Part shown: one piece after another, positions 53,513-63,196 of the stretch
How positions within the stretch are numbered: position 1 is the first letter of the stretch
Layout: each line of letters starts with the position of its first letter
Assembly (NCBI RefSeq): GCF_016433145.1
Contig: NC_058130.1
Location: forward strand, 245,669,658-245,733,657
Direction: 5' to 3'
Origin: Gracilinanus agilis
Taxonomy: Eukaryota
Length of the DNA stretch: 64,000 nt
Notes under the pieces: generated by a model
What the model was told of the DNA's origin: nothing
Seen by the model: only the letters and a program-made list of their open reading frames with translations
Databases searched by the model: none
Made by a program: the position numbers and the translations under genes

Positions 53513-55745
53513 AAGCATCATCTGCAATGGGGATAAATTAGAAGCCTTCCCAATAAGAGCAGAAGTGAATTAATTATCAACTCTATTATTTCAATACACT
53601 GTACTAGAAACATTAGCAGTAACAATGAGAGAAGAAAAAAATTGTAGGTATTAAAATAGGCAGTGAGGAGACTAAACTATCACTCTTTGCAGATGATATG
53701 ATGGTCTACTTAAAGAATCCAAAAGAATCAACTAAAAAGCTAGTGGAAATAATCAACAACTTTAGCAAAGTTGTAGGATACAAAATATACCTACATAAAT
53801 CATTAGCATTTCTATATATTTCCAACACATCTCAGCAGCAAGAGTTAGAAAGAGAAATTCCATTTAAAATCACCCTAGATAATATAAAATATTTAGGAAT
53901 CTATTTGCCAAGACAAACACAGGAACTATATGAACACAACTTCAAAACACTTTCCACACAATTAAAACTAGCTCTTAACAATTGGAAAAGCATTAATTGC
54001 TCATGAGTAAGATGACCTAACATAATAAAAATGACAATCCTACCCAAATTAATTTATTTATTCAGTGCCATACCTATCAAAATACCAAGAAATTTTTTTA
54101 TTGAATTAGAAAAAACTATAACAAACTTCATTTGGAAGAACAAAAGATCAAGAATATCAAGGGAAATAATGAAAAAAAAAGTGTTGGATGGTGGCCTAGC
54201 AGTACCAGATCTTAAACTACCATAAAACAGTGGTTATTAAAACAATATGGTACTGGCTAAGAGACAGAAGGGAGGATAAGGGGAAAGACTTGGGGTAAAT
54301 TACCTCAGCAAGATAGTGCACAACAAACCCAAAGATCCCAACTTTTGGGACAAAACCCCACTATTTGACAAAAACTGCTGGGAAAATTGGAAAACAATAT
54401 GGGAGAGATTAGGTTTAGATCATCATCTCACACCCTACACCAAGATAAATTCAGAATGGGTGAATGACTTAAAAGTAAAGAAGGAAACTATAAGTAAATT
54501 AGGTGAACATAGAATAGTTTACCTTGTCAGATCTATGGGAAAGGAAAGATTTTTAAGACCAAACAAAAGATAGAGAATATTAAAAATGTAAAATAAATAA
54601 ATTTGATTACATTAAATTAAAAAGGTTTTGTACAAACAAAACCAATACAACCAAAATTAGAAGGGAAGCAACAAACTGGGAAAAAATCTTTATAACAAAA
54701 TCATCTGACAAAGGTCTAATTACTCAAAATTATAAGGAGTTTAATCAATTGTACAAAAAAATCAAGCCATTCTCCAGTTGATAAATGGGCAAGGGGCATG
54801 AATAGGCAATTTTCAGATAAAGAAATAAAAACTATCAATAAGCACATGAAAAAGTGTTCTAAATCTATAATCAAAGAACTGCAAATCAAAACAGCTCTGA
54901 GGTACCTCCTCACACCTAACAGACTGGCTACTAAGACAGCAAAGGAAAGTAATAAATGTTGGAGGGAATGTGGCAAAATTGGGACATTGCTGGTAGAGTT
55001 GTGAATTGATCCAACCATTCTGGAAGGCAATTTGAAACTATGCCCAAAGGTCTTTAAAAGACTGCCTGCCCTTTGATCCGACCATACCACTGCTGGGTCT
55101 GTACCTCAAAGAGATAATAATGAAAAATGTTTGCGCAAAAATATTTATAGTCGCACTCTTCGTGGTTGGAAAAAAATGGAAAATGAGGGGATGCCCTTCG
55201 ATTGGGGAATGGCTGAACAAATTGTGGTATCTCTTAGTGACAGAATACTTTTGTGCTCAAAAGAATAATGAACTGGAGGAATTCCATGTGAACTGGAAAG
55301 ACCTCCAGGAATTGATTCAGAATGAAAGGAGCAGAACCAGGAGAACATTATACACAGAGATGGATACACTGTGGCACAATCTAATGTAATGGACTTCTCT
55401 ACTAACAGCAATGCAACGATTCAGGACAATTCTGAAGGACTTATGAGAAAGAACACTATCCGCATTCAGAGAAAGAACTGTGGGAATAAAACCATAGAAG
55501 AAAAACAACTGCTTGATCACAAGATTCAGTGGGGATGTGGTTAGGGATGTAGACTCTAAACAATCACCCTAGTGCAAATATTAATAATATGGAAAGAAGT
55601 CTTGATCAATGACACATATAAAACCCAGTGGAATTGCTCATTAGCTATGGGAGGGGGTAGGAGGAGGGGAGGGAAAGAACATGATTCATGTAACCATGGG
55701 AAAATAACCTTAAATAAATAAATAAATAAATGAACATTTAAAAAA
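53513..55745 (+). mobile_element. 5'-truncated L1, ORF2 RT to 3' UTR, with frameshifts
   Basis: Peptides (LFADD)[34 protein letters not shown] and CPSIGEWLNKLW. (AAAT)n tail. Degenerate TSD aaaaa..caagttga / caagctga. Confidence 0.93.
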
Positions 55746-58700
55746 GGCAAGCTGATCAAGTTAATTCACAGTAAAGTATGAATTATAGATCCCTAGATCT
55801 GAAATGAAAATAGGACATTAAGAATTAGGGATTTCCAATCTCATTATTTTATGGATAAGTAAATTGAGGCAAAAGATTTTTCAAAGGTGATATATGTAAC
55901 AGGCGTTAGAGGTAGAATATATATCCATGTCCTCTGATTCAATCCAAAGTTCTTTTCACTCTCTATGCCATACAAACTATGCCTTTACACCTAAACCAAC
56001 CTGATTATTTATTTAAAATGGGTAGGAAACGTAATGTCTTCATGCTGATGAGACTTTATGATAGTAACCTTCAGGAATGGGGAATGGCTAAGACTGGCAT
56101 ATCTATTCTACCTCTTATTTTCCGGGAATCTTTGTTTGTTAATGCATATCTCCAGTTGGTGGCATTTGGAGAAAAATGCTGGAAAGAAATTGGGAGAGGA
56201 ACAGATTAAACATGCCTTTAAGTTAAACTACTCAACTTATTATTTTTTATGAAACTGGTCCAATGAGCAGAGAAAGAAAAGGAGAGTCAATGAGCCATTT
56301 GTATGGTACCTTGCCTTAAAGGACATCCTTTATTTCTACCAGGTGGAAAATTGTTTACTATTCTGTTTTTCCCTTTTCAATCAGCTTGTTGTCTACATAA
56401 TAAGCCTATATAATAATTGCCTACACAATAATCCCAATTAATGTATCCAGAAATCTTTCAATAAAGGAAATTGTCTACAATCTTACAAGAATGCATGTGC
56501 CTATCATCCAAAGATTTCCATAACAATTAGCTATGAATCTCTCTACAGAAAGAAAGCTTGAATTTGGGGAAACAGGACATGTGTTACTTAGCAGTGATTC
56601 AAAGTAATTTCATGTTCCACTTCCTCTCCCCCATAGCCTATACTAGAAGTGTTGCCTATATAAAAGTGCTAATTATAATCATCCAGGTGAAGTGTTTAGC
56701 ATTTATAGTTTTACCATATACTACAGTTATAAGGAATATCATTAAATAAATGTTGTTAATGTTATTGTAAATTTTCTTATAACTAAACTGTTTATCATCC
56801 TTTTCTCTTCTCCACCCTCCCCCCCCCAAAAAAAAGGTGAAGAGACACTAAGGAGTACATGGAGAGGTGCCCTGGATTGGTAGTTAAAATAACCAGGTTC
56901 CATCCACTCTTTGCACTGACACTGTATGACTTTGATCATATTTCTTCATGTTCCAAATCTAAAATTGGAACAACCAATGCCGCCGAACTTAAAGTCATTA
57001 ATATGAGCATAAAAGCAAAATGTAAGTTAAGTTGTATACTTCTTTTGAAGTTTTACCTTACATAATTAGAGTATATGGTTTATTACTAATCCCCTGAAAA
57101 AATATTATTATGTCTTCATAGCAATAAAACATAGTAGTCACAGATGATATCTATTGAATTCAAAGGAAACAGACAAAAAGAATTGGGTTGCTGAAAGAAG
57201 CATTTAAATAATAACTATAGAGAAAAACGTAGATAAAATGTTGGAATTTCAAGAGGCAAAAGAGAGGCAAGGGAAATACAAGAAACAAGAGATAAACTAT
57301 TCAATCTGTCCCTGTTTGTAGAATATGTGTGTGTGTGTGTGTGTGTATGTATATATTTCTCTCCTGAAAAGTGCTGTTGTTGAATTCAATCACCATTGAC
57401 CAAGCCATTAAAGGTTACATTTGACAAATGAGTTATTAGGAATGTTTTAAAAGACAAGGTGATTTTACAAACAGAAATGATGAGCGAACACTTGACTCCC
57501 AGAAAATGAATATTAAAAAAAAAAGTAAATGAAGTTACACAACCTTCCCTTAAGGTCTTCAGAGCAGGTACCAAGTTACATATAAGACCACCCTGATAAG
57601 GTTTCAATTGAGTTGCTGTCCGTGGTACTAATTTGCAAGTATCTGTTGTGCCAAACCTCCACTGAGCATGCTTTCCTAATAAATTGACATGGGGAAAATT
57701 ACAGGATTTCAAGCTGGAAAAACCTTAAAAATTAATCTGGTCTATTATTCTTTGTTTTACAAATGAGGACCCTGATTCTCAGAGGGTTGAAATCTCTTGC
57801 CCAAGATCACCTAGATGGTAAGTGCCAGAGGCAGGTCTCAAAATTCAGTTCTCCAACTTCAAATTAAGAGTTCTTCCCACTCTATCATGCTAACTCTTAG
57901 AAATTCCTCAACTATATTTCTATTTTTGCCTGTTTTTTCCTTACTCCCCAAATTTGACCTTGTAGTCCTCACCTCTCACATTTTCTCTAAATATAGCTCA
58001 CATTTATATAGTTCTTTATAGTTTATATAAAATGACTTCATATCCATTATTTTACTTGGTCCTCACAGTAATTCTGTAAAGAAGGCAAGAAAAAAAAAGG
58101 ACTAAGACTTAGCAGCTGCAACTTGACTAAGGTCATACAGTTTGACAAAACCAGTCCATAAATCTTTCATGACTCCTGTCATACTTCCTTTCAAAGAAAA
58201 AAGCTTTACTTTGGTTTCCCTAAATAAGGAAAGTATATTGTGGCAATTCAACCCACATCATCTATTCCTACCTTTATATATTGCTTGTATGACCCATAGA
58301 AGAGTAAGGCCTAGACTAAAAACTCAGTTCCAAGGAAGCAGCAGTATTAATGATCACATTAGTACTACTGGGATTCACTAGTGGACTGTCCTAGGAGCAA
58401 GCTTTATGTCAGAAGCATTAAAATCCTGATTTCCTCAAGAGAAAAAAGAGCAACAAAAAAAGAAGAGGCTTGTAGATGTAGAGCTAGAAGGTATTTCAGA
58501 GGTCACTTAGTCTAATGTCTTCAATTTACAGATGAGAAAATTATAAGTAGTTTATGATTCAAGTTAGTTGTAAGAAAAAATTCTAACAAATGCCCAGTTT
58601 CTGTGTCTTAATCCCATAAAAACAATCAACTTTCCTTTTAAATCCTCTCAGTCAACACCGATTAAATTGTCCTCTTCAGTACACTTAACTACATTGTCAT

Positions 58701-59560
58701 TACAAGCCAAAGCTCTTCAAACAGGCCCACCCATAAGTATATTCACTATTATATTTCCTCAGAAAAATAAAATTTTGATCTCAGGTATACATAACCTATC
58801 ATTATCTTCCTATCCTAACTGCACAGACGGCATTTTTAAAAAATCTTTTAGGTAATGCATATGTTTATTTAACACTAAACCTAGTGATCTCGGAACTTGG
58901 AGATGACTGCCATATATCTTGGTTCCAAAAAAAAAGTCCTACCAACACTTGCCCTTTATACTCAGAAAATTAAAGACTGCTCAGCTGTTAAGTGACAGTA
59001 TCAGCACCACACCCTATTTTATTTTTATTGCTTTGTTTAATTATGATTGCATAAATTCTCTTGAAAATAATAAAACTTTAATTGCTTGTCATGATGGTGC
59101 ATTTAAATAGGTGAAGGTGGAAACAAAGAAATATTTAGTGGAACATTTTGAAACTATGTGGTCCAAAATTTATTTTCTGAAAAAAAGTTACCTTCTTCGA
59201 CTGTATTTTCTTTTTTTTTTTCAATGTATTATATCCACCTAATTGTATTCATACTTCAAAGTAAAAAGACACTATACTCATACAAAACAGGATTCTCAGG
59301 ATTTTTCAGTGTTTCTGGTTTCCAGACTTAAATAAGAAGACACACCAAAGTGTGAAAGCTTCTTTACTTGATGCAAGACTTGTTTCAAAAAAGCTTTTGA
59401 TATGTCGTCCTGCCGGAAAAGGTTTGCCCAGCATGACAGGTGTAGTACTATCACTAGCCGACTTTTCTCTAACAGGAAAAACTCCCCAAAAGGAGGACGT
59501 ATTTAAATATCTATTATAAATATCTCAGTTTAACCTAAAACTTCAGCAGAAAAATCTGTC

Positions 59561-59750
59561 GTTTCGCTAAACGATCACCCTTGCAACTATCAACAATATG
59601 GAAATATGTCTTGATCAATGATACATGTAAAACCCAGTGGAACTGCGCATCAGCTACGGGGAGAGTGGGTAGTTGGGGGAGAGGGAACGAGCATGAATCA
59701 TGGAACCACGTAAAAATATTCTAATTTTTTTTAAAAAATTAAAAAAAGAA
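59561..59750 (+). mobile_element. 190-bp L1 3' end inserted in the CDKN2B upstream promoter
   Basis: Homologous to 55553-55740. Perfect 13-bp TSD agaaaaatctgtc at 59548-59560 and 59751-59763. Confidence 0.9.
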
Positions 59751-60059
59751 AGAAAAATCTGTCTTTGAACCACAGAGTGGCACCGGAAAGAGAATCGCAA
59801 GAATTTTGTTTAAGAATAAAAACTACTTAGCTTTATACCTGATATAACAAAAACATTCGAGCCGCCCTGCTGTTTTCCACAAGAAGGAAAGGAGCAACTA
59901 TGACATTCAAAGATGGAGGAAGAGGAAGGGGAAGTGTTTCTGCAAGTATTCCCAAAGTCTTTCGGTTCCTGACTAATATTTGGAATACGAACAATGGGTG
60001 TAATGGACCCTGGGAGTACAAAGCTGTAGTCTGTTCTAGGGTCTGAGCAGTCCACCTGG

Positions 60060-61000
60060 CTCTATCTGCAGCGCATGCGTCTCAGAACCCACCCAAGCCC
60101 TCCTCTTTTCCAGGGAGTGTGGTACTCCGCTGTGATGTCATCGGCTGCCGGGTGAAGACAGGCAAGTTAGAACAAGTTCAGCGCTAGCCTGAAGCGGAGG
60201 TGGAGTTATATAGGGTGCTGGGGAGAGCTGGGCACAGTCCCAGCTGGAGAGTGCAAATAATTTCAGCCTCCCAGACGCAGCTCCAGCACTCGCCAGCAAC
60301 AAGGCAGAGGTAGGAAGGGGTTGCTTCAGCACCCCCGGAGTTGCTTCTGGGACTGGACCCCTTTCATTAGCAGAGGCGAGGAAAACTTTTGCTTATGAGA
60401 TTCACTCCTAGAGTCCTTATGGGAGTGGAAAGCTGGGATTAATCAGTACTCTGGTCTTGCGAATCCTAGAGCCACTGAGGCGGAAAGGGGAGTGGGGGGA
60501 GGGGCTGGAAACCCAGCTATAAGCTCTGAGATTCAGCACAAGGGAAGTACAGGAATAAGAGAAAGGGTAAAACAACCCTCTCCAGGAAGGAGCGAAGGCG
60601 CCGAAGAAGGGAAGAAGGAAAGAGAAGTACACAGAGTGGGCATTGCAATATCCAGTCGAAACATTCTCAGGTTCTGAAATGACAGAAAAATCAGAAGAAA
60701 GAGGTATTTCCCTCGACAGCTATCTGGACCTAACAAGTGTCGCTGCCTGCGGACAAGTAAAACTGTTGCAGGAGCTCCTGGCAGCCGGAGCGGATCCCAA
60801 CGGAATCAATCGCTTTGGGAGGCGGCCCATTCAGGTAACTGGGGCCATACTGGATGATCGGTAGAGGGCGAGAGTGTAGCAGGAGCTTAGCCTTGGGATG
60901 GGTTTGTGAAATAGGCTGTTCAGCGGGCCAAAAAGAAGTTGGGTGCTACGACATTTCCCCCGCCCGGTACTGCTGTTTTGCGGGTGAGCGTTAAGTGAAA
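60060..61000 (+). promoter_or_regulatory. CDKN2B promoter and weak CpG island
   Basis: About 30 CpGs by hand count in ~940 bp of an otherwise CpG-poor window. NRF1-type GCGCATGCGT at 60071-60080, CRE-like TGATGTCA at 60133-60140, TATATAG at 60207-60213, E-box CAGCTG at 60241-60246, GC box GGGGGAGGGG at 60495-60504, TATAAG at 60518-60523. Confidence 0.75.
60679..60834 (+). CDS. CDKN2B: CDKN2B (p15INK4b) coding exon 1, 52 codons
   Basis: ATG at 60679 (gaaATGa) encodes MTEKSEERGISLDSYLDLTSVAACGQVKLLQELLAAGADPNGINRFGRRPIQ and is followed by the donor CAG|GTAACT. The 156-nt size and the ADPNGxNRFGRR motif match human p15 exon 1 as I recall it. Confidence 0.93.
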
Positions 61001-61009
61001 TATATGTGT

Positions 61010-61010
<1 letters not shown>

Positions 61011-61070
<60 letters not shown>
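61011..61070. repeat. (TATACA)10 hexanucleotide repeat in intron 1
   Basis: Ten perfect units within a ~75-nt alternating purine/pyrimidine run. Confidence 0.97.
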
Positions 61071-62787
61071 CATAAAATCTCCCTATAAGACAACGTACCG
61101 CAAGATTTTAATAGTTTAAAAAATATCCAAGATATCCTTTCCCCTTCCCTCTTCCATTCTGAAAGCTCTTTGTACATTTACTTTGGGACTTTTTTTTTCT
61201 GTTTATTGAGTTTTACTGATAATGCATACAAGGCTGGAAAGCAAAGGAAAAAGTTCTGCAATTCAGAGGTTATGCAAGTATTTCTACTTCACAAAAAACA
61301 ATCAGGAATATGAATACCATTTTTCAATTTATTTTTAAGTGTTATTTACTATATGACTGTTTCATCAAAAGAGAGGCATCCTACCCTGAGATTTTTATAG
61401 TCCTTGCATACTGCAGGGAGGGTTAGGAAGACTGTATGCTTATTTGAGCGATTATATTTTCAAATACTTGTTACATTTTAAAAGATTTTTAAATGTAAGT
61501 TGAACCTAGTAATAAAAGGACTGTATGCATATCATACTCAATATTCATTAATACTACCCTTTCCAAGACTTTAGAACTCTGATGAATTAAAAAGATCTTT
61601 AAAGAAAGTTTATTTCAGAGATAATTTTTAATGTCTCTACTTTTTCCTCAGTTTCCCTGAGAAAACATTTTGCCTATAGAAGAACAATTTCATGGGTCCC
61701 TCTCTCCACAAGACATGGAAGCCAAAGAAAATGGCAGGCCATTTCATTATTGCCTTTTACTAATTTTAAACTATTGATTAAAAAAACTTTTAAATTAATT
61801 CCTACCATATATATTTTAACATATACAAAACAGAAGGGCAACTGAAATATATTTATGTGTATGTTCTTTAAAATCTTAAAACTATTGTCAATTTATATTG
61901 CATTTAGACTTACTCTGTTATTCTGTTGAAAAGCCAGTTTTTTTCTTTTAGTTCTCCTTAAATTATTATGCCCTTTCTACTTCAAAATAGTTGAAAACTA
62001 TACTTTTTAATGTAAGAAGAAACTAGCTATATATACACATATATAAAGCAGCTAGTTAGAACTTAAGTTATTTAACTATAGATTATGTAAGTATATTGTT
62101 TCCACTTCACCTAACTCCATCTCATATGTATATATAAATATTCTGCATTTAGAAAGATCATTTTATATGGAATTTTTTCTAAAAGCCATTTAAAAATTGT
62201 TTTAAGATTGGAATCGGTCAATCTTTATATAGATGTGCATTTGTATGTGGATGCTTAGTAGTGTAAAGGATTTCATTGCTAACACTCATTTTTCTTTTAG
62301 AATAACATAATAATGCTACCTTTACAGGTGAAAAATACTTTATTCTTTGGACCCTACAGCATGTATTTTTGCCACTATGAAATTTAATTTAAACAGCAAT
62401 AGTTAAATACTGTTTCAGAGTCAAATCACTATTTCCATCTTTTTTTAAGTGTCCAATTTTTATTAGCTTTCCCCTTAGCTTTGTCCCATAAATTGTGACA
62501 AATTATTTGCTACAGAAATGAATAGTTTTTTTAATCTTATAATTGTAAGAAAATTAGAAATTTATAATTTCCTGACTGAAATTTACATCACTTCTAGAAA
62601 ACATTAAATAACTAGTTTATTATTTTAAATGGGAGGAAATTATGTGTAAAATTTGATAGTTGAGAGAGAAATCGATATTAATTTATTTTTATATGTGGGT
62701 TTACATGGACAAAGATCTACCATTTCTCATTACTATGAAAAATAAGTTATGAAAATTTTTGGGGCAAATAGCCTATTTGTAACCAAG

Positions 62788-62790
<3 letters not shown>

Positions 62791-62824
<34 letters not shown>
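62791..62824. repeat. (CA)n microsatellite near the intron 1 acceptor
   Basis: About 17 AC units followed by TA/TG alternation. Confidence 0.95.
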
Positions 62825-62833
<9 letters not shown>

Positions 62834-62935
62834 CTATGTATATGTACACGTTAGTATGCATTGATACACATATCTCCATCTTTATATGTTAGGCATTCAC
62901 ATTACTTCATAGACCACTCTCCAATTATCTTCTAG

Positions 62936-63196
62936 GTCATGATGATGGGCAATGTTAGAGTGGCAGAGCTCCTACTGAAGCATGGAGCAGATCCCAACAT
63001 CCCTGACCCAACCACCCTCACCCTACCGGTCCATGACGCTGCCCGAGAAGGTTTCCTGGACACTCTGATCTTGCTTCATCGTGCAGGAGCCCGTTTGGAC
63101 ATTGGAGACTCTCTGGGCCGTCTCCCATTGCACTTAGCTCAGCAGCAAGGACACCACCAAGTTACCTTATACCTTCAAGCAGTGACAGGAGATTGA
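62936..63196 (+). CDS. CDKN2B: CDKN2B (p15INK4b) coding exon 2, 86 codons plus stop
   Basis: Acceptor tcttctAG|GTC, phase 0, encoding [14 protein letters not shown]...[14 protein letters not shown]...[25 protein letters not shown]. Total 138 aa, ending TGD* like human p15. Roughly 60% identity by eye to the recalled human protein. Confidence 0.95.
   Translation, partial: VMMMGNVRVAELLLKHGADPNIPDPTTLTLPVHDAAREGFLDTLILLHRAGARLDIGDSLGRLPLHLAQQQGHHQVTLYLQAVTGD

Noticed and set aside
1-60000. Recognisable ANRIL/CDKN2B-AS1 exons
   Set aside because: I cannot identify lncRNA exons by eye, and ANRIL is reported as eutherian-specific. Only the indirect strand-bias clue is reported.
60487-60504. Canonical three-tier G-quadruplex in the promoter
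   Set aside because: GGGG-AGT-GGGGGG-A-GGGG supplies only three separable G3 tracts. It is better read as a GC box.
60643-60678. N-terminal extension from the TTG start used by the ORF track
   Set aside because: Non-ATG start with no similarity to INK4 proteins. The ATG at 60679 gives the human-matching exon length.
60831-61177. Minus-strand ORFs MCICICI... and ...YVYVYV...
   Set aside because: Translations of the (TATACA)n repeat.
60679-63196. Calling the gene CDKN2A (p16INK4a/ARF)
   Set aside because: It has a 156-nt coding exon 1, an ADPNGINRFGRR motif, a stop inside exon 2 after TGD, 138 aa in total and a closed ARF frame. All of these fit p15 rather than three-exon p16.
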